From NCBI GenBank assembly GCA_965213625.1, contig CBDBZU010000004.1:320001-384000 (forward strand): a stretch of DNA of 64,000 nucleotides. The letters run 5' to 3'. A program made the position numbers and the translations under genes. This document shows, one piece after another, positions 29,513 to 39,855 of this stretch. Position 1 is the first letter of the stretch, and the number at the start of each line of letters is the position of its first letter. A model generated the notes under the pieces. It had not been told where the DNA came from and searched no databases. It worked only from the letters and a program-made list of their open reading frames with translations. This DNA comes from a bacterium (lineage in GTDB: Bacteria > UBA8248).

Positions 29513-30535
29513 ATGTGGCGTAAATGGAAACGGATTCTCCCGGTTATCGCAGCGCTTGCGCTTTCGCTCACGCTCACCAGCGCCGCCCCCGCCGCTGATA
29601 AGGTCATCCTCACCCAGCCGGTGGACAGCCTGAGCTTCTTCCCCATCTACGTGGGGCGGATAAAAGGGTTTTTCAAGGAAGAGGGCCTCACCCTGGACGT
29701 GAAGGCCACGGCGGGCGGCGGACCGCACCTGACGGCCGTCCTGGCGGGCAAGGCCGAGTTCACCGCCAGCCCGGGCACCTACCAGTTGAACGCGCTGAAC
29801 TCCGGCAAGCGGGCCATCGGCTTCGTGGACCTCTTAAGGCGCAACATCATCGGTATGGTCATCCACAAGGACGCCGCCAAGAAAGCGGGCATCAAGGACG
29901 GCATGCCGCTCATGGAGAAGGTCAAGCGCGCGAAGGGCCTCAAGGTCGGCGTGACGCGGCCGGGCGCCCTCACCGACGTGCTCGCCCGCAACCTGCTGGG
30001 CCGCGCCATGATGAAGGTACCCGCGGACGTGCGCATCCTCGCCGTGGGCGGCGGCGGCACCATGCTGCCGGCATTCAAGAACCGCAAGATCGACATCTTC
30101 ACCATCTCCACGCCGCATCCCGAACGCATGCTCTCCCAGGGGCTCGGCATCTGGTTCGTGAACTGGGCGGCCGGCGAGGACAAGGCCATCAAGGAGTTCA
30201 TGATGACGGCCGTCATGGCCACGCCCAAGCTCATGAAGGAGCGCCCCCGCCTCGTCAAGCGGATGGCGCGCGCGGTCATGAAGTCCCAGAAATACATCCA
30301 GAAGACGTCCATCGAGCAGCTCACCAAGGACATGACGCCCTTCTTCGGCAAGCGCGTCACGCCCGAGGCCCTGCGCATCTCGGTCGCCACGGTGAAGGGC
30401 GCGGTCAACCCGACCGGCAAGATGACGGATGAAGCCGTCCAGACCACGTTCAACATCATGAAGAGCGGCGGCAAGCTCAAGAACCTCAAGAGCGTCAAGC
30501 GCAGCGACGTGTGGACGGACGAGTTTTTGAAGTAA
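29513..30535 (+). CDS. NitT/TauT-type ABC substrate-binding protein
   Basis: Signal peptide; KGFFKEEGL, GVTRPGA. Confidence 0.85.
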   Translation: MWRKWKRILPVIAALALSLTLTSAAPAADKVILTQPVDSLSFFPIYVGRIKGFFKEEGLTLDVKATAGGGPHLTAVLAGKAEFTASPGTYQLNALNSGKRAIGFVDLLRRNIIGMVIHKDAAKKAGIKDGMPLMEKVKRAKGLKVGVTRPGALTDVLARNLLGRAMMKVPADVRILAVGGGGTMLPAFKNRKIDIFTISTPHPERMLSQGLGIWFVNWAAGEDKAIKEFMMTAVMATPKLMKERPRLVKRMARAVMKSQKYIQKTSIEQLTKDMTPFFGKRVTPEALRISVATVKGAVNPTGKMTDEAVQTTFNIMKSGGKLKNLKSVKRSDVWTDEFLK

Positions 30536-30634
30536 GCGGGTTTATTTGGCATTTAGAACAGCCCCCTACCGGTTAGGGGGTTGATGAAAAAGCTTCAGGA
30601 AGTGATGTTGGGTTGTACGCTCGCTTTTGACGTT

Positions 30635-30783
30635 CACTCCCCCCTTGAGGGGGAGTCGATGAAGCCGAGCGAATTTTGCGAAGGCTGAATCGGTGGGGGG
30701 ACATGCCACAGAAAAGCTCCCCCCACCAGCGCGGCTTCGGGCTAAAGCCCTCGACTTGCTGACTCCCCCTCAAGGGGGGAGTG
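30635..30783. repeat. REP/MITE-like element with perfect 23-bp terminal inverted repeats
   Basis: CACTCCCCCCTTGAGGGGGAGTC ... GACTCCCCCTCAAGGGGGGAGTG. Confidence 0.8.
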
Positions 30784-30818
30784 GTTGTTGGGGGACTCTG
30801 CAATGGGAGCATGATTTC

Positions 30819-31598
30819 GTGACGGCGTCTTTGTCCATCCGGCAGGTCGGCAAGCGGTTCCTCTCGCGGGGGACCATCGTCCATGCGATGTCCGACGTGA
30901 ACCTCGAAGTTGGCGAGGGGGAGTTCGTGACCATCGTCGGGCCGAGCGGGTGCGGCAAGAGCACCCTGCTGAACATCCTGGCCGGGCTCTTCCCCCCCAG
31001 TGGCGGGGAGGTGCATTTCCGGGGCGAGCGCACCCGCGGGCTGAACCCCGAGATCGGCTACGTGACCCAGCAGGACAACCTGCTGCCCTGGCGGACCTTG
31101 CGCAAGAACGTGCTGCTCCCCCTGGAGTTCCGCGGGGTGTCCGTCTCGAACGGCGTCGCCGAACGCGTGCAGAACCTCATCGACAAGGTGGGCCTCTCGG
31201 GCTTCGAGAACCACTACCCGCATGAGCTCTCAGGCGGCATGCGCCAACGCGTGAACATCATCCGCACCCTGATATGCGACCCCCGCGTCATCCTGATGGA
31301 CGAACCCTTCGGCCCCCTGGACGCCCAGACGCGCCTGACGCTCCAGAACCAGTTGCTCGAGCTCTGGCGCGAAGAACGAAAGACCATCGTCTTCATCACG
31401 CACGACCTGGCCGAAGCCATCACGCTGGCCGACCGCGTGGTCGTGATGACGGGCCGCCCCGGAACCATCAAGAGCGTCACTCCGGTGACTATCCCCCGGC
31501 CGCGCGACGTCTACCACATCCATGACTCGCAGGCCTACCGCGAAATCTACGACAAGCTCTGGGAAGAACTCAGAGACGAAGTGGCAAAGGTGATGTAA
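30819..31598 (+). CDS. ABC ATP-binding protein (NitT/TauT)
   Basis: [26 protein letters not shown]. Confidence 0.93.
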   Translation: MTASLSIRQVGKRFLSRGTIVHAMSDVNLEVGEGEFVTIVGPSGCGKSTLLNILAGLFPPSGGEVHFRGERTRGLNPEIGYVTQQDNLLPWRTLRKNVLLPLEFRGVSVSNGVAERVQNLIDKVGLSGFENHYPHELSGGMRQRVNIIRTLICDPRVILMDEPFGPLDAQTRLTLQNQLLELWREERKTIVFITHDLAEAITLADRVVVMTGRPGTIKSVTPVTIPRPRDVYHIHDSQAYREIYDKLWEELRDEVAKVM

Positions 31599-32509
31599 TG
31601 GCTAAAACCGACGAAGTGAAATCCGCGCCCCCCGAGGATCTGGACCTCCTCCTGCCTCCCGAAGTAACGGGTCTGCGCCTGCTGTGGTGGCGGGTGCGCA
31701 ACGCCGAGGAACTCCGGTGGGTGCGCGTGGCGGCCCTGCGCGTCATCTTCGGCGTCATCATGATCGTACTGTGGGAATCCGCATCGGGCACCCTGATCGA
31801 CCACCGCACCATCTCCAGCCCGAGTCTGCTCGTAACGTCTTTCTTCGAGATATCGGACCCGGCCAACCCGGACGGCTCCTTGTGGGTTCATTTCTCCTAC
31901 ACGGTGGAGAATACCTTCTGGGGCTATCTCCTCGGCGCCCTGGCCGGGATCATGTTCGGCTTCCTGCTGGCGGAAATCGAGGTCGTGGCCCTGGTCATCG
32001 AGCCGTTCATCATGGCTTTCAATGGGGTTCCGCGCATCGCGTACGCGCCCCTGTTCATCGCGTGGTTCGGAATCGAGCGGCAGCCGAAGATCATCCTGGT
32101 CATGACCATCGTGTTCTTCCTGACTTTCGTGAGCACCTTTGCGGGCATCCGCGGCGTGAGCCGGGACTTGATCAACGTGTCGCGCGTATTGGGCGGGAGC
32201 AAGCTCGCCATTCTGCGCAAGATCGTGATTCCCTCCGCCTCGCCGTGGATATTCAACGGCCTCAAGATCAGCATCCCCTTCGGCATGGTCGGGGCCATCG
32301 TCGGTGAATACATCATCGCCGACAAGGGTCTCGGCTACCTGCTCCAGCGCTACAACAACGAGTATTACACCACGGGCCTGATCCTCATCATCTTCCTGCT
32401 CATGATCCTGGTCATCATGGTGAACCAGATACTGAACTGGGCCGAAGGGCGCGCCCTGCGCTGGCGTCCCACGAGCCGGATGGGGCAGGAAACCGTCATT
32501 CCGGGTTAA
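31598..32509 (+). CDS. ABC permease (NitT/TauT)
   Basis: VPRIAYAPLFIAWFG, GAIVGEY..ADKGLG. Confidence 0.9.
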   Translation: MAKTDEVKSAPPEDLDLLLPPEVTGLRLLWWRVRNAEELRWVRVAALRVIFGVIMIVLWESASGTLIDHRTISSPSLLVTSFFEISDPANPDGSLWVHFSYTVENTFWGYLLGALAGIMFGFLLAEIEVVALVIEPFIMAFNGVPRIAYAPLFIAWFGIERQPKIILVMTIVFFLTFVSTFAGIRGVSRDLINVSRVLGGSKLAILRKIVIPSASPWIFNGLKISIPFGMVGAIVGEYIIADKGLGYLLQRYNNEYYTTGLILIIFLLMILVIMVNQILNWAEGRALRWRPTSRMGQETVIPG

Positions 32510-32565
32510 GCGACGCCCCGGTCCGTATGAAACGCAGGCCGGTCCATTCACGGAGGTAAGAACCG

Positions 32566-32985
32566 ATGCCACCCGTAGTCGTCCTCGAACAAGTCCGCGC
32601 CCCCGTCGATAAAGTCTTCGAGTTCGTCGGGAACGTGGAGACGCATCCGCAGATAGCGCCATTCTCCAAGGAGGTGCGGATCACCTCTCCCGGCGGACAC
32701 CAGGGGGCGGGCACCCGGTTTCACCAGACCTTTCACGACAGGCCCGATTGCGACTCGGTCATCACCGTCTGGGAGCCCCACTCGAAAATCGTCTGGGAGA
32801 ACTATGTCGGCGGGAGCAGCAAGCCCGCCCAGGTCATCACCTACCGCTTCGAGCAGGACGGCGACGTCACCCACGTCATGCACACCGTGGACAACGACAC
32901 CTATGAAGATCAGACCCTCCACCGGGGCGGGACGGAAGAGAACATCGTGGAACTGGCGAACCTGAAAAAACTGGCGGAAGGCTGA
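32566..32985 (+). CDS. SRPBCC/polyketide cyclase-like protein
   Basis: APVDKVFEFV.N, GAGTRF, ITVWEP, LANLKKLAE. Confidence 0.8.
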   Translation: MPPVVVLEQVRAPVDKVFEFVGNVETHPQIAPFSKEVRITSPGGHQGAGTRFHQTFHDRPDCDSVITVWEPHSKIVWENYVGGSSKPAQVITYRFEQDGDVTHVMHTVDNDTYEDQTLHRGGTEENIVELANLKKLAEG

Positions 32986-33206
32986 AGACGGGAAGACGAG
33001 GCTGTCAGGCGGTGCGGTCTTGCTCAATGGGCGGGCGCGCTCTTGCCTGCAACCGAATTTATAAATTGCCTCTTTTTTCTTCCACCCAGGGCAACTATTT
33101 CTCATTCACTGAAAAACATCGATTTCCCGTGAATAATTCTCATAAATGCCCCTCATTCACTCTAAATTAACAAATTATTGTGAAATTACATCCATGTTGG
33201 CGGCCC

Positions 33207-33255
33207 GTAGCCGGACAGGCCCCTATGCCTGTCCGGGGTTCGCGAACCGCCCTAC
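33207..33255. repeat. GTAG-family REP overlapping the fic stop codon
   Basis: GTAGCCGGACAGGC..GCCTGTCCGG..CCGCCCTAC. Confidence 0.65.
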
Positions 33256-34172
33256 AATCCCGGCACGTCAAACGCTCCTTCATCAGCCGCGTCAGACCCT
33301 CCCTCCCCAATCTTCCACACACCCTTTTCGCGGAAGGCCGGTATTGTCTGGCGGCGGGCGGCGTTGGTGGTGGCGGGGGCCGAGAGGCCCCTCTTCCTGA
33401 TGTAATCGGAGAGCCGCACCACCGACTCGCCGCGCAGGTAGGTCACCCGCTTGTGGAGCGATTCCAAAAGCGCCAACGAGAGGATGTTCTCCATTGTTCT
33501 GGTAGTCCGGCGATCGCGATAGTCGTTGAACGCCTGATAGTACCTCTCCTTGTCCGAGTTGCGAATGATGAGACGCGGAAGGCCGAGTTGTAAAAGCTGG
33601 AAGTTGATGAGCACCCGCCCGATGCGGCCGTTACCGTCGCAGAAGGGATGAATCGTCTCGAAATCCAGGTGGAACCGGGCGATCTTGTCCAGGCAGTAGG
33701 AATCCAGATCGCTCGAATATGTGATGAGAACGTTCTCCAGCATGCGCTCCACGTGCTCGGGCGCCGGCGCGATATGCGTACCCACGCGCACGTACTCCCC
33801 CTGCCTCCGAAACCGGCCCGCAATACCGTCGTCGATTCCGCCGATGAGCATTTGGTGCAAGAGCAGTATCAACTCCTCGTTTAGTTCGCCCTCTTCCGCC
33901 CGCGCGCGCTTGTATTCGGTGACGCGGGCCAGGTTCTTCGCCTCGAAGACCTCCCGCACGGACACATCTCGCGAGAGGGTTTGCTCCAGCAAGATTCTTT
34001 CGGTCTCATCGAGAGTGAGGGTGGAGTTTTCTATCGCGTTCGAGTTGTAGACGCTCTCGGGCGCTTCCACCTCGTCGATCATCGCCAGGAGCGACTCCTT
34101 GCCCCGGCGCAAGGAGTCGTACTCCCGCTTGAGAGTGCCTATACGATCTCTGGTCGGTCCCGGAGTAGCCAT
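33252..34172 (-). CDS. Fic-domain protein with N-terminal inhibitory helix and small C-terminal domain
   Basis: HPFCDGNGRIGR catalytic motif; SNAIEN inhibitory motif. Confidence 0.92.
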   Translation of the reverse strand: MATPGPTRDRIGTLKREYDSLRRGKESLLAMIDEVEAPESVYNSNAIENSTLTLDETERILLEQTLSRDVSVREVFEAKNLARVTEYKRARAEEGELNEELILLLHQMLIGGIDDGIAGRFRRQGEYVRVGTHIAPAPEHVERMLENVLITYSSDLDSYCLDKIARFHLDFETIHPFCDGNGRIGRVLINFQLLQLGLPRLIIRNSDKERYYQAFNDYRDRRTTRTMENILSLALLESLHKRVTYLRGESVVRLSDYIRKRGLSAPATTNAARRQTIPAFREKGVWKIGEGGSDAADEGAFDVPGL

Positions 34173-34187
34173 GCCGTTAATATATCT

Positions 34188-34271
34188 TATTCACGTTATA
34201 ATAACAATAATACGTGAATACATTCCTTATTATGCCATTTATTCACGATAATTTATCCAAATAACGTGAAT
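34188..34271. promoter_or_regulatory. Two inverted pairs of ATTCACG boxes upstream of fic
   Basis: TATTCACGTTAT/ACGTGAATA and TATTCACGATAAT/ATAACGTGAAT. Confidence 0.6.
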
Positions 34272-34572
34272 TTATTTTCTTGTTGATACCCAGTCCCGAT
34301 CGAGACCGGTGGGCTGAAGTTCTCTAAATCACTCCCACCTTGATGATGCGCATCCACCCCAAGTAGGGAGAACCGACATGAATTCCCCCCTTCGAGCAGA
34401 GCATGATGTAAGATGATTCCACATCCAGCATTCAAGAAAGGCGTCAAATAATCTTGATTCGTTCGGATTGATGGATACGCTGGAAGGGGCTCTCGCCGTA
34501 GCCTCACTGGTTCGATACCACGCTCTTGAGGGATTCCGCCGATCTGGCTGCACGCACAGGAGGGCATGGAAC

Positions 34573-35652
34573 ATGTTGAAAAAAGAAATCGGAGTCGCCG
34601 TAATCGGGTCGGGCCGCATCGGGACGCTTCGCGCCAACATGGCCTCGCGTCACCCGTCCGTCCGGTTTCTCGCCATTTCGGACAAGGAGCCCGAGCGTGC
34701 GGATTTGCTGGCCGAAAGCGTCGCGGCGCATCTCTCCTCGGGAGACAACTACGAGATCATCTCACACCCCGAAGTGGACACCGTCATCGTCTCGACACCC
34801 GAGCACGATCATGCCGAAGCCATCCTTCAGGCCCTGGAGTTGGGAAAGCCCGTATTTGTCGAAAAACCACTGACCCTGACCCTGGAGGATGCGGACAAGG
34901 TCGTGGAGGCGGTGGAAAGAACAGGTGTCGAACTCCGTATCGGCTACTCCCGGCGTCATGACCGCCGCTGGATGCTGGCCCGTGAGCAGGTGGCCCGGGG
35001 ACGACTCGGTCAGATACTGGGAATCAATTCCCGCATATACTCCTCGAGAGCCCAGATTGCCGAGCCCCTCAAGCGCTCACCGAACGCAACGCCGGTCCTC
35101 GACGTTCTCACCTACTATGTGGACATGGCCTGCTGGTTTCTGGAGGGTATCCGCCCGGTGGAAGTGTTCGCCAGGGGGAACGCGAAAATCTTCAAATCAT
35201 GGGGTTACTCCGCTCACGACGTCACCTGGTCCATCATTACCTTCGAGGACGGCACGGTCGTAAACCTCGGTGTATGCTGCGCCCTTCCCGCAAAATACCC
35301 AACCTATGGACAAAGCGCCCGCTTCGAGGTTCTAGGGGAGGACGGAGCCATCCTTCTGGATGTCGACAACAAAGACAGTTTGTTGTTCACCGACAAAGGC
35401 GTGCCCCACGCCTACGTTCCCGATCATCATGTAAATTTGCTCTTCATGCAGAGCAACTCGTCCGGCGACTGGGCCATGGGTGACTACTGGGGGCCTATCG
35501 CGAACGAGACACGCTCATGGCTCGACCACCTCGCAACCGGCTCCCCTTGCGTTCACACGACTGCTATCGAGGGCCGGCGGACACTGGCGCTTACATTGGC
35601 CATTGAAGAATCGGCAAGAACCGGCGAGATAATTTCCTTGTCTCCCCACTAA
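34573..35652 (+). CDS. Gfo/Idh/MocA oxidoreductase
   Basis: GSGRIG, VFVEKP, GYSRR. Confidence 0.9.
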   Translation: MLKKEIGVAVIGSGRIGTLRANMASRHPSVRFLAISDKEPERADLLAESVAAHLSSGDNYEIISHPEVDTVIVSTPEHDHAEAILQALELGKPVFVEKPLTLTLEDADKVVEAVERTGVELRIGYSRRHDRRWMLAREQVARGRLGQILGINSRIYSSRAQIAEPLKRSPNATPVLDVLTYYVDMACWFLEGIRPVEVFARGNAKIFKSWGYSAHDVTWSIITFEDGTVVNLGVCCALPAKYPTYGQSARFEVLGEDGAILLDVDNKDSLLFTDKGVPHAYVPDHHVNLLFMQSNSSGDWAMGDYWGPIANETRSWLDHLATGSPCVHTTAIEGRRTLALTLAIEESARTGEIISLSPH

Positions 35653-35943
35653 CCCGATAACCGGGATTTGCGCTATATCCATTACGGAAATTTCAGGGGG
35701 AACTGGAGTGCGCCATCTCTTGCGGAAGGGTTCTCTCGAAGCCCCAAAAACGGCGTCAAGGAACGAGGGATTTCGACTGATGCAATAGGGGTTCCTGCCG
35801 ACCAGAGAGGGACTGCGCGCACGCCAATCCCTCCTTCATCAGTCGGTATTGGCCTTTCTTCTTGACACTCATCTTGCCCCTCGCTAGGTTGCTTGGGGTG
35901 TTCATCCACCCCGCATACATCACCACTGGTTCAGGGAGACGCC

Positions 35944-37626
35944 ATGGCCATCGCATCGGATGTTGAAATCGCCCAAGCCGCGAAACTGAAACCTATAGCC
36001 GAGATTGCCGAAGAACTCGGTCTCGCGACTGAGGAGATAGAACCCTACGGCGCCCACAAGGCCAAGATCGGCCTGGACGCGCTCGAACGCCGCAAGAACG
36101 ACCCCGACGGCAAGCTCATCCTCGTCAGCGCCATGACGCCCACACCGCTGGGCGAGGGCAAGACGCTCACCACGGTGGGCTTAGGCCAGGCGCTGGCGAA
36201 GCTCGACAAAAAAAGCGTCATCTGCGTGCGCGAGCCCTCGCTCGGCCCGGTGTTCGGCATCAAGGGAGGCGCGGCCGGCGGCGGTATGTCCCAGGTGCTG
36301 CCGATGGAGGACATCAACTTACACTTCACGGGCGACATCCACGCGGTCACCTCCGCCCACAACCTGCTCTCGGCTCTGCTGGACGCGCACGTCTTCCACG
36401 GAAATGACCTGGGATTCGACGTGAACCGCGTCACCTGGAAGCGCGTGCTGGACATGAACGACCGCGCGCTGCGCCACGTCCTCGTGGGTCTCGGCGGCAG
36501 GACGCACGGCGTCCCGAGGGAAGAGGGCTTCATGATCACGGCGGCGTCTGAAATCATGGCCGTGCTGTGCCTCGCGAGCAACCCGGGGGACATGAAAGAG
36601 CGCATCGCGCGGATCGTGGTGGGCTACACCAGAAAGGGCGCGCCCATCACCGCGGGCGATCTGAACGCCGCCGGCGCGATGGCCCTGCTCTTAAAAGACG
36701 CCATCAAGCCCAATCTCGTGCAGACGCTCGAGGGATCTCCCGCCTTCGTCCACGGGGGGCCTTTCGGGAACATCGCCCACGGGACGAACTCGCTCATCGC
36801 GGACAAGCTGGCGCTCAAACTCGGCGACGTGATGGTGGTGGAGGCGGGTTTCGGTTCGGACCTGGGCGCAGAGAAATTCTTTAACATTACCGCACGCACG
36901 GGTGGATTGAGCGTGGACGCGGTAGTGCTCGTGGCCACCATCCGCGCGCTGAAGCTCCACGGCGGCGTTCCCTTCGATAAGGACGCCTTGGCGGAGGAGA
37001 ACGTGGATGCCCTCACGGAAGGCTTCGCCAACTTGAGAACCCACATCGAGAACATGAAGAGTTTCGGCGCGCCCGTGGTGGTGGCCGTGAACCGTTTCGC
37101 TTCGGATACAGATGCGGAAGTCGCGCGCGTGAAGGAACTTTGCACCGAGGCGGGAGCGCCGTGCTGCCCGCATGAGCTTCACGGAAAAGGCGGCGAGGGC
37201 GGCCTCGAACTCGCCGAGACGGCGTTTGACCTGGCCACTGCGAACGATGCGCCCTACACGCCGCTTTATCCTCTCGATATGCCGCTCAAGGAGAAGATAG
37301 AGACCATCGCGACGCGCATCTACCGCGCGGACGGGGTGCGCTTCGAACCGGCAGCGGCGCGCAGCCTGCGCTCCCTGACAAGGCTCGGCTACGGCGGGCT
37401 TCCGGTCTGCATCGCGAAGACGCAGGCCTCCCTGTCTGACGACCCCAAGAAACCGGGCGCGCCTACGGGCTTTATCCTGAACGTGCGCGAGGTCAACGTG
37501 TCGGCAGGGGCCGGGTTCGTCGTCGCCATCGCCGGAAACATCATGCAGATGCCCGGCCTCGCCAAGACCCCCGCCTCGGCGGGCATGGACGTCACGGCTG
37601 AGGGCAAAATTACGGGGCTTTTTTAA
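35944..37626 (+). CDS. fhs: Formate--tetrahydrofolate ligase
   Basis: TPLGEGKT, GIKGGAAGGG, INLHFTGD, HGGPFGNIAHG, EAGFGSDLGAEKF. Confidence 0.97.
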   Translation: MAIASDVEIAQAAKLKPIAEIAEELGLATEEIEPYGAHKAKIGLDALERRKNDPDGKLILVSAMTPTPLGEGKTLTTVGLGQALAKLDKKSVICVREPSLGPVFGIKGGAAGGGMSQVLPMEDINLHFTGDIHAVTSAHNLLSALLDAHVFHGNDLGFDVNRVTWKRVLDMNDRALRHVLVGLGGRTHGVPREEGFMITAASEIMAVLCLASNPGDMKERIARIVVGYTRKGAPITAGDLNAAGAMALLLKDAIKPNLVQTLEGSPAFVHGGPFGNIAHGTNSLIADKLALKLGDVMVVEAGFGSDLGAEKFFNITARTGGLSVDAVVLVATIRALKLHGGVPFDKDALAEENVDALTEGFANLRTHIENMKSFGAPVVVAVNRFASDTDAEVARVKELCTEAGAPCCPHELHGKGGEGGLELAETAFDLATANDAPYTPLYPLDMPLKEKIETIATRIYRADGVRFEPAAARSLRSLTRLGYGGLPVCIAKTQASLSDDPKKPGAPTGFILNVREVNVSAGAGFVVAIAGNIMQMPGLAKTPASAGMDVTAEGKITGLF

Positions 37627-37659
37627 AGAGAACGACGCCCGGCTTCAATTTAGTCCAAA

Positions 37660-37860
37660 CTATGTCTGACTTTCACCCACGCGATTCCACAATCGATCTA
37701 TGTGATCTTTCAATTCTTCCGTTTGGTCAGAAAGATTGTCCATCCTCTCCGTAATTCTTCTGACGTATACAAAGCCGGCAATAGCGATCAGGGAAGGCAA
37801 AGCCACGCCGATGACCGCCATGAGTATGGAAATAATCTGCAATTGAAGTTCAATATTCAC
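37660..37860 (-). CDS. 66-aa single-TM plus coiled-coil protein
   Basis: GTG start overlaps upstream TGA (GTGA), RBS ggggagg. Confidence 0.6.
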   Translation of the reverse strand: MNIELQLQIISILMAVIGVALPSLIAIAGFVYVRRITERMDNLSDQTEELKDHIDRLWNRVGESQT

Positions 37861-38093
37861 CTGGCCGACCTCCCCATCAAGCTCATTCTTGTGGGGTTGC
37901 CCCATCGCGCCTGTTCGCTCTCCCATACGAGAGCTTCGTCCATCGTGGTCGCGCTGCCCACCTGCTTGATGTAGCCGGCTTCCCCGAACTCCTGTTTGAG
38001 TTCGCGCTCGCGCTTTTCGAGATCTTTGGTGATACCGGAATACAAGGTCTTCTTGCCCATCTTGAAGTGATACTTGTAGGTCTTTCTCGCCAT
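37857..38093 (-). CDS. 78-aa GIY-YIG-like protein
   Basis: YKYHFK..KTLYSGITKDLEKRERE...EAL.WE; RBS ggagg. Confidence 0.6.
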   Translation of the reverse strand: MARKTYKYHFKMGKKTLYSGITKDLEKRERELKQEFGEAGYIKQVGSATTMDEALVWESEQARWGNPTRMSLMGRSAR

Positions 38094-38167
38094 CTCCCAG
38101 CCTCCATGATTATCTCGTGGAGTAGTACCTCATCGTATCGGTAAACCACGGAGGCGGCAACGGCCTG

Positions 38168-38578
38168 TTATTCCCCGCTCAGCTCATCCAGCTTGCTCTC
38201 GAGCCTGTCGATGACCTCTTCGGCGTCGTCCGCCGCTTTGTAGTCCTGCGCCAGGTCGCCGTCACCGCAGGGGCTTTTCACGACGAAGAACACGGACTTC
38301 TCCCCGATGGTGCGTCCGCCGTGGCGCGTGTTCCGGGGGATGTGGACGAGGTCGCCCGGCTCGACGATGCGCTCCTCATCGCCCACGATCACGTAGCGCC
38401 TGCCTTCCAGGACGAGGTAGAACTGCTCCTCGTTGGGGTGGTAGTGCGGCGTCGCGCCCTCGCCCTCGAGATAAGTAACGATGCCCACCTTCATCAACTC
38501 GCCCGGCACCGTCTTGGCGGTCGCAGGCGATATCGCGGCGCGAACCTCTTCCATCTCGGAAATCTTGTAAAACGGCAT
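38168..38578 (-). CDS. Cupin domain protein
   Basis: PHYHPNEEQFY, PGDLVHIPRNTRH. Confidence 0.88.
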   Translation of the reverse strand: MPFYKISEMEEVRAAISPATAKTVPGELMKVGIVTYLEGEGATPHYHPNEEQFYLVLEGRRYVIVGDEERIVEPGDLVHIPRNTRHGGRTIGEKSVFFVVKSPCGDGDLAQDYKAADDAEEVIDRLESKLDELSGE

Positions 38579-38591
38579 TCTCCTGCCTCCC

Positions 38592-38996
38592 TTAAGAAAA
38601 TTCGCTGAGTTTATCCTCTAGGCGGCGGACGATGGCTTCGGCGTCTTCCGCGTCGTTATGATCCTGATCGAGCGTACCGTCGCCCGAGGGACTCTTGGCG
38701 GTGAACATGCGCACCTCGTCGATGATGACGCCGCCGTGCGTCGCCCCCCGGGGGATGTGGACGAGATCACCGGGACCGATGAGCATCTCCTCGTCTCCCA
38801 CGATCATCCATTGCCTGCCCTCCAGAATGAAGAGGAACTGCTCCTCGTTCGGGTGGTAGTGGGGTCTCGACATCTTCCCCTTGGGATAGGTGACGAAGCC
38901 CACTTTCATCAACTCCCCCGCCAGTCCCTTGAAGCGGCCCATGGGCTGGGCGGCCACGTGCGATTCGGCCATCTCGGATGATCTGTAAAACGGCAT
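38592..38996 (-). CDS. Cupin domain protein (tandem paralogue)
   Basis: PHYHPNEEQFL, PGDLVHIPRGATH. Confidence 0.88.
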   Translation of the reverse strand: MPFYRSSEMAESHVAAQPMGRFKGLAGELMKVGFVTYPKGKMSRPHYHPNEEQFLFILEGRQWMIVGDEEMLIGPGDLVHIPRGATHGGVIIDEVRMFTAKSPSGDGTLDQDHNDAEDAEAIVRRLEDKLSEFS

Positions 38997-39254
38997 TTGA
39001 TACTCCTCCTTATGTTTTTCCCCCGACACGGCGTAGAGAATGCGCGGGGCGACCCTTCCAGTCAGGAACAGCCGGAATGTTCTGGAACCCTTGTCACAGG
39101 CAACGCCGGATTTCGCCCATTCTATAGAATCCGCCCGCATTTCGCACGGGAGAGCCTCGGCGCGCCTACTGGCGATTCGGCGGCCTGAAGAATATGGTAA
39201 TATCCCTTTCGGAAGCCGCCGTTCGACTCAAAAGTTTCCGGAGGAAGTCCCGCC

Positions 39255-39824
39255 ATGCTCCGCCATATCGCCTATGGGCTCAAACGCTTCATCGCACTCG
39301 CAATCGCTCTCTTTCTCGCTGGCTGCGCAGTACAGACGTTCCCGACCTTAGGTGTTTTGAGGGAGGGGCTGGCCTCCATGGTGGGTGCGCCCGTCGACGC
39401 GCTCGTCCAAAAGATTGGCTACCCGGAGAGTGACGTCACAGTCGGCGGCCGGAAAGTCTACACATGGGAGCACAGAAAAACCTTCACCTATCTGGTGCCG
39501 GAGAACATCTGCCGCGATGAGATCGTGTTCTATCCCAAGGGCCGCAAGGAAGTGGTGCGGGTGTGCGAGACGCATCAGGTGGAAAGAACCGTACTGCACC
39601 ACTGCACGCTCAAGGTGGAAGCCGACGAAGGGGAAAAAATCACCGGTTTCACCTACGACGGGAACGCGGACGGATGCGAGCGCTACGCCGCGGTTTTCCG
39701 GAATCTCCCCTATGAGGAGTGCATCCAGAAGCTCTCCGGCCTCAAGTTCGCGGTGAACATAGGCACGGAGCCGCAGGAGAAGCTGACCGCCGCGGTAGCC
39801 CGTTGCAAGAGATTGCACCGCTAG
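39255..39824 (+). CDS. Hypothetical lipoprotein
   Basis: Lipobox LAGC; LVQKIGYP..YTW; six further Cys. Confidence 0.65.
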   Translation: MLRHIAYGLKRFIALAIALFLAGCAVQTFPTLGVLREGLASMVGAPVDALVQKIGYPESDVTVGGRKVYTWEHRKTFTYLVPENICRDEIVFYPKGRKEVVRVCETHQVERTVLHHCTLKVEADEGEKITGFTYDGNADGCERYAAVFRNLPYEECIQKLSGLKFAVNIGTEPQEKLTAAVARCKRLHR

Positions 39825-39855
39825 ACCCCAAATCGTTACGAAAGCTTCAAGGCTT

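Noticed and set aside
35660-35940. Folate/ZTP riboswitch upstream of fhs; possible IclR relic on the minus strand
   Set aside because: No riboswitch consensus seen; the IclR resemblance is too weak
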